Shown here in pieces: positions 36,638-48,555 of a DNA stretch of 64,000 nt. The DNA comes from Octopus sinensis (Eukaryota): NCBI RefSeq assembly GCF_006345805.1, contig NC_043018.1, positions 26,598,001 through 26,662,000 of the forward strand, in the 5' to 3' direction. The position numbers were made by a program, and so were the translations under genes. A model generated the notes under the pieces. It ran no database searches. It was not told the DNA's origin and saw nothing but the letters and a program-made list of their open reading frames with translations. The stretch's first letter is position 1. Each line of letters opens with the position of its first letter.

Positions 36638-37269
36638 TTGTCCCCCTAGCATTGCTTGACAACCGATGCTGGTGTGTGTACGTCTCCGTCACTTAGCAGT
36701 TCGGCAAAAGAAACTGATAGAATAAGTACAGGGCTTACAAAAGAATAAGTCCCGGGGTCGAATTGCTCGACTAAAGGCGGTGCACCAGCATGGCCGCAGT
36801 CAAATGACTGAAACAAGTAAAAGAGTAAAAGAATATATAATTAATAAAAGAAAGAACAAACTACCTCACTGTATATTTCCTTAAAAAACTGTTTTAGCAT
36901 TCCATTAATTCTTGCTTTTGTTTTTCAGACACCAAAAAAAGTGGAAGCCAAACCAGATGGAACTTACAACCAAATGTTATGAGCAATCTTAAATATATCA
37001 TCATCATCATCGTTTAACGTCCGCTTTCCATGCTGGCATGGGTTGGACGATTTTGACTGAGGGCTGGCAAACCAGATGGTTGCACCAGGCTCCAATCTTG
37101 ATTTGGCAGAGTTTCTACAGCTGGATGCCCTTCCTAACGCCAATCACTCCGAGAGTGTAGTGGGTGCTTTTTATGTGTCACCGGCGGAGAATTTATCCCA
37201 GCAGGAAACAACTGTAGGGAGATCTTGCTTGCCTGTCTCACCCACCCACCTATTATAAGGCAAATTGCG

Positions 37270-37450
37270 TTTGTGCTTTGCAGGAAATTTCTGGTGAGCT
37301 AAACAAGAGTTGACTATGGATGCCAAACCATGGCCATACTAGAGCAGATTGTCTGAACACAATGTATGCAGGTCAACTCATCTGAGACACTTGATGTCTC
37401 CTTAAAGACCTCCCTCAACTAATGCAGGACTCAAATGGATGGCCTACATG
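37270..37450 (+). mobile_element. Highly decayed RTE-clade C-terminal fragment
   Basis: PNHGHTR...MYAGQLI*DT*CLLKDLPQLMQDSNGW resembles the P.HG...TY..QL..DT...DL..LM.DR..W terminus. Confidence 0.45.
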
Positions 37451-39227
37451 GGTTTGTAAAGGAACTGTCTGGAACAGGTTGTGTCTTTTGCACTGTTTGG
37501 GTGCAACACAATTTCCTTCTTTGTTTCCAAAAACTACCGGCGTCAGGAACAAGAGAGCAACCTTAGAAAATATGACACTTTATTTCGTTATTTACATAAA
37601 GAAGACACGTTGGTCAATTGGTAACCTCTTGGTGTAGGTACAGCAAGACTGAAGTTAAACATTTGTAAAGATGAACCTCACAACAACTCCAGCAGCAAGA
37701 GAGCTGGTCAAATCCCAAGCGTCTAGGACAGGAGAATAGGCTGATAACACATTAAACACGTCTTCTCTCTTCAACGAATGCCATAGAATTCTCCCCAGTT
37801 TTTAGTGCATGTGCATTAGGGAACTTCCTTAGGCCTTTCCAGAAGTTTCCAGCCCCGCACACGCACACTGAAGAATGACGTCACTACAGGTTAAAAATGT
37901 CTGAGCAAGCTTGACAAGAGAGAGAGAGAGATTTCTGTTTGCAAATTAATGGAGTTTTTTTTTAGATGGCGCCTATCACTATTTATTTATATATGTATTT
38001 ACTTGCTGTTGGTAGCTAGACCCATCTTTTGACTCATATCATTAATAAATTCAGCACGGAATTTTGTCAGTGAACAGGTCGCGGTCTCAAAGCGACGAAA
38101 ATATTTTGACGGATTTTGTGCGTTTCTTAAATGGCTTATAAACATCTTCCACGCTGCAATTGTTTTCATTAAATTCTTTCCACTAAAAGCACATGACCTG
38201 AAATATTTAGGGAAAAGATGCTAGTTGAGAGCATCAACCCCAGCACTTGACTGATACGTTATTTTATCAACCCCAACAGAATGAAAGGCAAAGCTGACCT
38301 CAGCAGAATTTGAACTCAGAATATAAAGGCAGAAGAAATATCACTAAGCGTGCTAACGATTCTGCCAGCTTGCTTCCTTAATAATCATCATCATCGTTTA
38401 GCGTCCGCTTTCCATGCTGGCATGGGTTGGACGGTTCAACTGGGGTCTGGGAAGCCAGAAGGCTGCACCAGGCCCAGTCTGATCTGGCAATGTTTCTACG
38501 GCTGGATGCCCTTCCTAACGCCAACCACTCCAGGAGTGTAGTGGCTGTTTTTTACGTGCCACCGGCACAGGTGCCTAGCAAGACTGGCAAACGACCACAA
38601 TTGGATGGTGCTTTTTACGTGCCACCGGCACGGAGGCCAGGCGAGGCTGGCAGCGGCAATAATAATGATAATAATTCTTTCTACTGAAGGCACAAGACCT
38701 GAAATTTGGGGGGAGTGGGTAAATCAATGACATCGACCCCAGTGTTTCACTGGTACTTATTTTATCAACCCTGAAAAGATGAAAGGCAAAGTCGACCTTG
38801 GCGGAATTTGAACTCAGAACGTAGCAATAGGAGATTCTGCCAGCTCGCTGCCTTAATGATAATAATAATCCTTTCTACTATAGACACAACGCCTGACATT
38901 TTGGGAAAAGGGGCTAGTTAATTAGATCAACCCAAGTACACAACTGGTATTTAATTTATCAACCCTAAAAGGATGAAAGGCAAAGCTGACCTTGGTGGAA
39001 TTTGAACTCACAAAGTAGTGACAGACAAAATACCACTATGCATTTGATCTAGCATGCTGGAGCAGCGCCTTTAGTCGAGCAAATCAACCCCAGGACTTAT
39101 TCTTTGGAAGCCTAGTACTTATTCTGTCAGTCTCTTTTGCCGAACCGCTAAGTTACAGGGACGTAAACATACCATTATTGGTTGTCAAGCAATGTTGGGG
39201 GGACAAACACAGACACACAAACAATAT

Positions 39228-39279
<52 letters not shown>

Positions 39280-39493
39280 GATGGGCTTCTTTCAATTTCC
39301 ATCTACCAAATCCAATCACAAGGCTTTGGTCAGCCCAAAGCTATAGTAGAAGACACTTGCCCAAGGTGCCACGCAGTGGGACTGAACCCGGAACCATGTG
39401 ATTTGTAAGCAAGCTACTTACCACACAGCCACTGTTTTTTTTTTATTTTAAATTTTCAAACCCAAAATACAAAAAGAAAATAATTTTTATTAC

Positions 39494-40728
39494 CTTGATC
39501 TTGCTTTTTCAATTGTGATAGCCGGCAATGCTGATGTTGACGAGAAAGTGGATAATACGCTCGGCGACACATTAAATGTGGGCTCTGACTTGAAGATGCC
39601 GCGCAATGTGCTGTTTCGATTATAAGGCGAAGCCATGATGGGACTAGAAAGAGGAGACAGTCTCCGCAAATTGTTGTTTATCATTGAGCATGAAGGCGAG
39701 TCGTTGATTCTGCTGTTAGTGGATGAGAAATCCGAGCTGTCGTAGTCGAACTGCCAACTAGGTATGTGACGTAATTCCGGGGAGAGAGTCAGCTTTTTAG
39801 GATAAGTCAGTTCAGATTGATTAATTAGCTCGTCACTATTTTCTTTGTTTGACAGGTATGGCAGTTTGATGTTCTCACCTTTGTTTTGTGGTTGCTGCAA
39901 AATCTCTTTCTGCATTTGCTGCTGCTGCTGCCGTTGTTGTTGTTGTTGTTGTTGTTGTTCCTTTAGCTGCAGTTCCTGCTGTTGTCGTTGTGCTTCCTCT
40001 TGTTGTTGTCGTTGTATTTTGTGTTCGTAAGGGAGAGAATTAGAATCGTTTTCTTGCTTAACAGAAGACAAAGACGGGCTCCTTCGAGGGGTCACAGGGG
40101 GTTTTGGTTGAAAGGGAGATGATCTTGCAGATTTCAACGACCTGCTGTCTTCGGTGGCAACTTTGAAATGCCTAAAAGGATGCGAATTTGTGTCAGACAC
40201 AAACCTCTCGGTCTGTTTCGGAAGTAGGGTACCACTGCTGGTCCTCGTCAGTGTATGACCCTGATTATTTGGCTGTGTTACAAAAGTAGAACTTTGAGAG
40301 GGCTTAGTGGTACACAGTGACTCAGCATTTAGTGTATCCAGTGTCGATATTGAGTTGTTATGTTTCTGAGAAATGTCATCAGTAGAGGAGTCTTGGGTAA
40401 GGATTCCATTTCTAAAGTGAACTTGTTCGCGAATTTCTTCTTGAAACTGTGGCACGCAATTTACTTGTGAATGCTCAACTTCTATCATGCTTGCTGTGTT
40501 TGTAACTGTCGATATCGTACTGGGAAGCTGCTGAAGTAACAGGTCATCTCTCATCGACTGAACTGAGATAGCATCACTGCTGACCTCAGAGAGAGAGTCT
40601 CTTCGTTTCTTCTCGACTAACTTGCTAAGTGCTCCTTTCTTCTTTGGACGAGCACACTTTGGTGTAGATGTTGATACAGAAATATCTATTTGTGACTGAG
40701 ATTGTTTCAGGTTTTCCATGATTGTCAT
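39494..40728 (-). CDS. INPP5E: INPP5E coding exon 1, long low-complexity N-terminus with polyQ
   Basis: 411-codon open frame with an in-frame TAA just upstream of ATG 40728. Ends KARS-R at donor AG|GTAATA (39493). An acceptor TTTCAG at 40789-40790 implies a non-coding upstream exon. Confidence 0.9.
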
Positions 40729-40866
40729 ATTGACTTAATGTGTCGACATAGCAGTACATTGGTATTGTTGTCAGGATGGTTTTGGATTCTGAAATATAAA
40801 GCATAATTATACATAATTATACATCATACAAAGGAAAATTATACATCATTAATTAATACACTAATT

Positions 40867-41270
40867 CATCATCATCATCGTTTAACGTCTGTTTTCCGTG
40901 CTAGCATGGGTTGGACGGTTCGACCGGGGCCTGGGAAGCCAGGAGGCTGCACCAGGCTCCAGTCTGATCTGGCAGTGTTTCTACAGCTGGATGCCCTTCC
41001 TAACGCCAACCACTCTGTGAGTGTAGTGGGTGCTTTTTACGTGCCACCGGCACAGGTACCAGGGGAGTCTGGCAGCGGCCACGATCGGTTGGTGCTTTTT
41101 ATGTGCCACAGGCACAGAAGCCAGTCAAGGCGGCGCTGGCATCAGCCACATTCAGATGGTGCTTTTTGTGTGCCACTGGCACAGGTATCACAACTACTAT
41201 TTCCATTGATATTTATTTCGATGTTCATGTACTTGACTCAATAGGTCTCCTCAAGCACAGTGGGTTGTTC
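40867..41270 (-). mobile_element. RTE 3'-UTR copy with (GAT)n tail, ~80 bp upstream of the INPP5E 5' acceptor
   Basis: Same family as 33400-33967; about 20 truncated copies in the window. Confidence 0.8.
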
Positions 41271-41662
41271 TGAAATCCAAGGTACTTTGAATGGGCTGGG
41301 GCTATGCGGAACTGGTGCAGGAAGCAGCCTGCACCAGTTCCGCATAGCCCCATTACCTTTTTATTTCTTAATTGCACAGCCATTCCCACCTGGCTGTATA
41401 ACTCACAGGCTTAGAGTTCAGTCTCTGTGTGTGGTACTTTGGTAAATTCTTTTCTATTATAGCCCTAGGCTGACTAAAACCATGTGAAGGAATTTGGCAG
41501 ATGGAAACTGCAGGAAGCCTACTGTATGAATGTATGTGTATGAGTGTTTCTGCCTAGCTGAGTAATTAAGAGGTTCTTTTCATAATCAAATGGTTTCAGG
41601 TTCCGTCCTTTGGTGTGGTACCTTCTATTATAGCTCCAGGAAACCCACTGTGTGGATGTGTG

Positions 41663-42127
41663 TTAAGTTAAGTTAATTTTTTGGCTCAAAAAGCAAAAAG
41701 CAAGGCCATGTAGGGGGACATGGAGTTATGTACAGGGTGGGGTGTTCATGCAAAGAGAACAGGCCATTTCTGGTCAAGGGAGACTTTGAACCGAGCGGTC
41801 GTCGGCATCTTCACCATCTCGTCTGGCAGCTTATTCCACGGATCCACAACCAGGACGGAGAAAGCCCCTCTCCTTCGATTGAGATGAAATTGTTGCAGAT
41901 AGAGCTTTTCGGAGTGACCCCGCAGTCGACGCTCTGGAGCAGGAGTGAAGAACAACTCTTTCGAGAGGTTACACTTTCTGCTTATGATGTTGTGAGCAAG
42001 AATGAGATCACCACGGCGGCGTCGTTTTTTTAGAGAATAAAGGTCGAGCGTCTTCAGCCTTTCTTCATAAGACAAATGCTTGAGACCAAGAACCATGCGG
42101 GTAGCCAGCTTCTGGACTCTTTCGAGG
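41663..42127 (-). mobile_element. CR1/L2-clade LINE 3' end, copy 2
   Basis: LERVQKLATRMVLGLKHLSYEERL...RRRGDLI...RGHSEKL...WNKLP; (AACTT)n tail. Confidence 0.88.
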
Positions 42128-42568
42128 TGTGTGTGCATGTGATGATGATGGACTCTCCTGTCGTTAGACGATGTATGAGGGTTCAACAATTTCTTACCGA
42201 ACAACCACATAGATGATTTGTTTAAAGTGATCAAAAGTTTGTATAGACATAAACTCACTCCCTCCATCAGATCGATGTTACCTGTACAGGTGCAACTAGG
42301 TGCCCACATGTCAGATGACAAAATGATCATTAAGCAATGTGAAATGAAGTGCTTCTCTCAAGAACACAATGCAGCACCCGGTCTGGGAATTGAACCCATG
42401 ATCTTGCAATCGTGAGTGCAGCACTGTAACCACTAAGTCAAGTGCCTTCACCCAAACACACACATATTATTAAATACCTGCAGACAAAGGATTTAGCACA
42501 CACCCCCAAACATTTATGCTGACATGGTTGCAATGTGGGGGGATGATGCACCAGCTTTATCAACAATA

Positions 42569-42729
42569 GGCGCAGGAGTGGCTGTGTGGTAAGTAGCTTG
42601 CTAACCAACACATGGTTCCGGGTTCAGTCCCACTGCGTGCCACCTTGGGCAAGTGTCTTCTACTATAGCCTCAGGCCGACCAAAGCCTTGCGAATGGATT
42701 TGGTAGACGGAAACTGAAAGAAGCCTGTC

Positions 42730-42769
<40 letters not shown>

Positions 42770-42970
42770 TTGTGTATCTGTGTTTATCCCCCTAGCATTG
42801 CTTGACAACCGATGCTGGTGTTTTTACGTCCCCGTCACTTAGCGGTTCGGCAAAAGAGACCGATAGAATAAGTACTGGGCTTACAAAAGAATAAGTCCCG
42901 GGGTCGATTTGCTCGACTAAAGGCGGTGCTCCAGCATGGCCGCAGTCAAATGACTGAAACAAGTAAAAGA
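42569..42970 (+). mobile_element. Full-length SINE family A
   Basis: Diagnostic head, core, microsatellite and tail. Confidence 0.9.
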
Positions 42971-43176
42971 AAAAGTGCAAAAAATGGGCAGCTGGATTTA
43001 GAAGAGGAAGGGAGAGTCCTGAAGATGACCGTAGGTCTGGACATCTACTACTGAGGAAAACATTGTGTTCACCACAAGATGATGGACAACAGGCGATAGA
43101 TCATAAATCAAATAGCCAATGCTGTGAGAATATCCCATGAGAGTCGAGAATATTCTGTACAATAAACTTGGCATGA

Positions 43177-43550
43177 TAAAATAAATAAAATAAAATAAAT
43201 AATAAAATTATTGTATACAGTGCTCAGGTGCACCACAACTTGTCAGAAAGTGCGTATAAAGCCTATGCAGTAATGTACAAATGTCTGGAAAGCGAACAAT
43301 GTATGAGTCAGATACATGCTTGCGTGTATATGGAGGGGAGAAAATCAGGTGTAGTGTTGGCGAATCTCAGAAAGCATGGAAGTTTTGAAGGATGCAATGC
43401 TCCGACAACTAACAACTGATGCCGGCAGTTTGTTCCACGCTTCAGCAACTCTCAGCGTGAAAAAATGTTTCCGAAAGTCATGGGAGCTGTGCTGTTTTCT
43501 GACTTTGTAAATATGTCCATGGGTGGAGTTCGAAAAGGTGCTCAGAGTTG
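43177..43550 (-). mobile_element. CR1 LINE 3' end nested in the mariner
   Basis: GHIYKVRKQHSSHDFRKHFFTLRVAEAWNKLPASVV...SFK*; (TTTA)n tail. Confidence 0.85.
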
Positions 43551-43667
43551 AAGGTTTCTATTCACTGGGTACCACATCTTCTGACACCAGATCAAAAGCA
43601 CATCAGGCTTATCACATCACGGGAAAATCCGACTTCCTTTCAAGGCAGATCCAAGTGATTTCCTTAA

Positions 43668-43881
43668 CCCTTTTGTTACCAACCCGGCTGAATCTGGCTC
43701 TGAGTACAAATGTCTTGTTTATATAAGTTTTGAATTAAAATCTTCCACCAAACCATAGTCACAATTTATGTTCCTAACACTAGCTGAATGACAACTAAGT
43801 TATTTTACTAAATTCTTTGTTATATTTAAAGTAATTGAAAGAAACACAGAGCATCTCAAAATAAATACAGTAACAAAAGGG
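43668..43881. mobile_element. 214-bp piggyBac-type MITE, copy 2, nested in the mariner
   Basis: TTAA TSDs; removing it restores the mariner codons TTC CTT AAA CGT. Confidence 0.9.
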
Positions 43882-45102
43882 TTAAACGTTTCCAAACCCA
43901 GGATGAATGTTAGGTTCAATACTTTGAGCCAGAAATAAAAAGACGATCCCTGCAGTGGAAGCACCCCTCCTCACCAGCTCCAAAGAAGGCCAAGATCATT
44001 TCATCTGCAGGGAGAGTGATGGCATCACATTCACATTTCAACGGTTGAGTTGGTGCTTCAGTACCCACCCCGCCATAATGCTGTAGTAGCTGTGTGAGGC
44101 AGCTCCTGCTTGGAAAGGGGCCATGTTGAGCGTTTGTAAGTTATTTTCTTCCAGGAACGTGATCAGCCTCCACCTGACAATGCATTTCAATCACCTTGCT
44201 AACATGTGAGGTTAGAGAGATAGGCCTGTAAATTTTAGCATCTGCTCTGCTTCCTCAGACACAAACACACACATACATGTACATATATATATATACATAT
44301 ATATACATGTATACATATACATCTGCACACATGTACACACACAAATATATAAGCATATACTTACATAAAATATATAGAGAGACAGGGAGACAAAAATACA
44401 CACAAATATTGATGGTGGAGATATTCATGATGATGATGGTGGTGGGGTGGATGTAGTGGGGGTGACAGTGTGTGTATGTACTTCAGCTGAGAAAAATCCA
44501 GTTGGAGATGTAATAATCAGGCGAAGAAATTAAGATAAGTGTGTGAGAGCTGGGTGGTGACATGTGAGAGTTTGTGGGGACATTTACATCTGGTCCCACC
44601 AGTGAAGAAAAAGGCCATTGCCTTGATGGAACGAGGGACCATTAATTCACCTGCCAAGAAAGAAGTTGAAGTAGATAAAGACTCAAGAGACTGATAGAGA
44701 GAAGAGAAAATTTTAAAAAACAGAAAAAAAGATGTGAGTGTTTACAGAGAGTAATTACGTTCAGTTATCAGTTTCTGATGAAGAGTTTGTTGACCAAACG
44801 GTGAGAATCTATTGGAGGAGGAAGCCATGGGGGGGTACTTAGAGACCGTCTTACATGCCTATAAGGCGGCAAACTGGCAGAAATGTTAGCACGCCGGGCG
44901 AAATGCGTAGCCGTATTTCGTCTGCCGTTACATTCTGAGTTCAAATTCAGCCGAGGTCAACTTTGCCTTTCATCCTTTCGGGGTCGATAAATTAAGTACA
45001 AGTTACCAAGTTACGCACTGGGGTCGATATAATCGACTTAATCCGTTTGTCCCCTCCGTGTTTAGCCCCTTGAGGGTAGTAAAAAAAAATAGGTCTTACA
45101 TG

Positions 45103-45139
<37 letters not shown>

Positions 45140-45141
<2 letters not shown>

Positions 45142-46020
45142 TTATCGTTTAACGTCCGTTTTCCAAGCTGGCATGGGTTGGATGGTTTGACTGGAGTCTA
45201 GGACCCAGGAGGCTGCACCGGGCTCCAGTCTGATCTGGCAGTGTTTCTACAGCCGGATGCCCTTCCTAATGCCAACCACTCCACGCATGTAGTGGGTGCT
45301 TTTTATGTGCCACCGGCACAGGTGCCAGGGGAGGCTGGCAACGGCCATGATCGGTTGGTGGTTTTTACGTGCCACCGACAAGGAAGCCGGTCAAGGCAGC
45401 GCTGGCATCGGCCACATACGGATGGTGCTTTTTACGTGCCACCGGCACAGGTGCCAGGGGAGGCTGGCAATGGCCATGATCGGTTGGTGCTTTTTACGTG
45501 CCACCAGCACGGAAGCCAGTCAAGGCGACGCTGGCATCGGCCACATATGGACAGTCCATTTTACATGCCGCCGGCAACAGGTATAGCAACCACAATTTCC
45601 ATTCGATTTTTGATGCTGATGTACTTGATTCAATAGGTCTCCACAAGCACAGCCGGTCACCCTATGATCCAAGGAAAGTACAGCAGGCCGTCCTGCAATC
45701 TAAGGCACTCTGGAAGGGCTGGGGCTTCTATGTGAAGCTCATGCAGGAAACAGCCATGAATCTCTACCCTGGATTCCTTCAACTGTTTGGGAGTGGCACT
45801 TCTTCACACATCTCTCCTCATCCATCCGTAGTACATGACCATACCAGCGCAGACGTCTCTCTTGCACGCCACACCCAATGCTTCTTATGTCCAGCATTTC
45901 TCTCAGGGCACTTACACTCTGTCGTGCATGCACACTGACATTACACATCCAGCAGATCATGCTAGCTTCATTTCTTTCAAGCCCACGCATGTCCTCTGCA
46001 GTCACAGCCCATTCAGAATA
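45140..46020 (-). mobile_element. RTE LINE 3' portion (ORF end + VNTR 3' UTR + tail)
   Basis: SE.WAVTAEDMR.LERNEASM..WMC...RRLRWYGHVLRMDEER.VKK at 45762-46020, continuing into the VNTR UTR and (GAT)n tail. Confidence 0.85.
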
Positions 46021-47539
46021 ATCTGAATGATAAATGATTGAGCGTATGTGTGTCTGTGGAGCACTCAGCCACTTGCATGTTAATTTCACAAGCAGGCTGT
46101 TCTGTCAATCGGATCAACAGGAACTTTTGTTGTCATAACTGACAGAATACCAATAAACGAAGAAAAAAACAAACCACTTCCACCTTAGTACAAATTAACG
46201 AAATGGCTTGCTATGCTGCACCGGAAAAGTGTATGCAGAATTGATTTTCTTCTTGCAAGAGGTTGCACGAACCTGACTAATGAAAACTAATCAATTAATT
46301 CTATTAATCTCCTTAAATACAAGTGCAGCTTGCTTCCCAACCACATGGTTCCAGGTTCAGTCCCACTGCTTGGCGCCTTGGGCAAGTGTCTTCCCCTATA
46401 GCCATGTGGAGGGATTTGGTAAAAGGAAACTGAAAGCTTATTGTGGATGTTAAACAATAATGATGATGATGATATACCAATAAGGAGCAAATAATTCCGG
46501 ATTGAGTATTTGTGAAGATGATATTATTGATGATAATTGATAATAATGATGATAATGGAAGTAATAATATAGGCAATTACAGGCCCCAAAAAGCATTAAA
46601 TACTTGAAGGATTAAAATTTATATTAATCAAAGGACATACTGAGTATGTCTACCTGCTGGAAATAACAGTCAAAACTCATATTTAAAATCGCTGAAAAAA
46701 TAAAATGACTTTTCGGCATTTTTTTTTAGCAGTTTAAATAAGAGCTTTGACTGTTATTTCCAGCAGGTAGACATACTCAGTATGTTATCTGATTAATATA
46801 TGTGTGTGAGGTTAGTCTTGGCATGACTTTTACAGCTGGATGCCATTCCAAGTGCCAACCACTTTACAGTGAGGACCGGATGCTTTTTTGTGTGGCACCA
46901 GCACTGGTAGGGTAACCATGTAACTCACAAGACAAGGAATTATGAGAGGGGCAAGGGCATCTGAGGAGGGGAACTCGTGTCAGAGGATGAACGGTTAGAG
47001 GGTGACAAAAAGACAGATGAGGCAGAAACAGGTGTCTTGCCAAAGAGACAGTAGCATAGGGTGTTTTTCTACCTGGCCAGCTCCTATGTTGTCCTTTCCA
47101 TATATGCATGGAAGATGGACATTAAACGATGATGATGATGAGTCAGTATTCCATAGTCCCACAAGACAATTTAGCAAAAGAAATTAAAAGCTTTAAAACT
47201 TGCTTGTAAGCATTTGGAAGCTTACAGGGAAGTTGTAACAATAAGGTTTTTTTCTAATCATCATCTCTTGTTGCATGTGTCTGGAGTTTAACTTGACGTT
47301 GTAAGCTGTGGCTAATTCCTTTCTTTATACTATCATCATCATCATCACCATCATCGTTTAATGTCCACTTGACCATGTTTGCATGGGTCGGACAGAAAAG
47401 TTGCCGTGGCAGATTTTCAATGGTTAGATACCCTCCCTGTTGCCAACCCACCCCCACTTGTTTCCAAGCAAGGTAATATTTCCCATGGCTAGCCAGACAT
47501 GTGGATATTGCATAGATGTCCAGAATCTATACTTGGTGC

Positions 47540-48240
47540 ATGGTATACACCAAGTATGGATTCAGGACATCTGTATACTGCAAGCTGACCTTTACTGGAC
47601 GGTACCTGAACTTCAATTCCCACCATCCATACAATGTAAAGAGAGGGATTGCTCAGTGCCTAAAACATCATGCAAAGGTTATAAGTAGCAATCATGATAC
47701 ACACCACAAAGAAATAATCAAGCTCAATAACAATCTGTTAAGCAACAACTACACCCAAAAGTATACTATCCATTCCAATTATGAAGAAGAGAATAGATGA
47801 GGCCAATAAACTGTCCACAGTCTGTCTACCCTATGTGAAAGGCCTCTCTGAAAAGATACAAAAGATATGCAGCCCATATGACATCAGGACAGTATTCAAG
47901 AATAATACAACACTTCACAAATATCTCCTTCAAGTAAAACCACCAGTAGAAGAGAATATGACCAAAGACTGCATGTACTCCATTCCATGCAGCTGTGGTA
48001 GGTTATACAAAGGCGAAACATGCTGCCCCTTTCAAAATAAGGGTAGAGGAACATCGCAAAGCTGTGACACAAGGAGATATTGATAAATCGGGTATAGCTG
48101 ATCATGTATGGAAAAATGGAGACCACCTCCCCCCTGTGGGATGAAGTTAAAATAATAGACAGAGAACACCACTGGAAATACCAAAACTAAAAGAAGCAGG
48201 TCATATGCTAGGACACAACAACCTCCTAAGTAGACCATGG
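47540..48240 (+). mobile_element. Penelope-like element fragment (RT C-terminus + GIY-YIG endonuclease)
   Basis: VYCK.TFTGRYLNFNSHHP..VKRG; LPYVKGLSEKI; CMYSIPCSCGRLYKGET...EH...KSGIADHVW; frameshifted. Confidence 0.88.
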
Positions 48241-48311
48241 GAATTGGTATTAAGGAAGGATAGAAAAATATTAGATTTATAAGCCCTAAAATTCACTCCA
48301 TAATTGCTCAC

Positions 48312-48555
48312 GGGCATATAGTGTAATGGTTAAGAGCACAGGGTACTAACTCCAAGATTTGGAGTTCGATTTCAGGCAGTCACCTGTACAGCAACAATAA
48401 TAATAATCATAACATCGAAAAATACCTTAGGAATGAGAACCTAGGTTTGAAATTTCCCCAAGATACCTGAAGAAGGCTGGAGAGTATATCAGCTGAAATG
48501 TGTTAACAACAAACAAGATGAGGACAAATATCTGTTGAAGGTAAATAATGTAAGT
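48312..48555 (+). mobile_element. tRNA-headed element with a degenerate hammerhead motif directly after the Penelope ORF
   Basis: A box TAGTGTAATGG (48319-48329), B box GAGTTCGATTTC (48362-48373), then GAUAC-CUGAAGA-A-GGCUGG..UCAGCU-GAAA-U-GUGUU (48462-48504). A related partial 3' copy lies on the - strand at ~4680-4740. Confidence 0.55.

Larger units (their letters stand above)
18379..40728 (-). other. INPP5E: Gene model: phosphatidylinositol polyphosphate 5-phosphatase type IV (INPP5E), 11 coding exons, 2367 nt, 788 aa
   Basis: complement(join 39494..40728, 34970..35093, 33128..33228, 31040..31164, 29495..29614, 26350..26445, 25487..25657, 24220..24353, 22208..22344, 19684..19730, 18379..18455). 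All junctions are GT-AG and phase-compatible. Contains the 5-phosphatase motifs GSWN, IGTQE, SHF, FWMGDFNFR, PTYKFD, RTPSYTDRIL and SDHKPV, plus the INPP5E-type [29 protein letters not shown] and a C-terminal CaaX. Confidence 0.96.
42975..44027 (+). pseudogene. Mariner transposase remnant split by two insertions
   Basis: VQKWAAGFRRGRESPEDD...NQIANAV...ENILYNKLGM | KVSIHWVPHLLTPDQK...ADPSDFL | KRFQTQDEC*VQYFEPE.KR.SLQWKHPSSPAPKKAK..SAGRVMAS, with frameshifts. Confidence 0.88.

Noticed and set aside
44775-44800. CTGATGAAGAG as a further hammerhead/Penelope end
   Set aside because: No convincing stem II or GAAA; adjacent 44500-44700 gives no clear RT motif.
48312-48383. Bona fide tRNA gene
   Set aside because: A and B boxes are present, but acceptor and T stems are poor and no T-run terminator follows. 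Treated as a retroposon head; the same applies to the other SINE heads.
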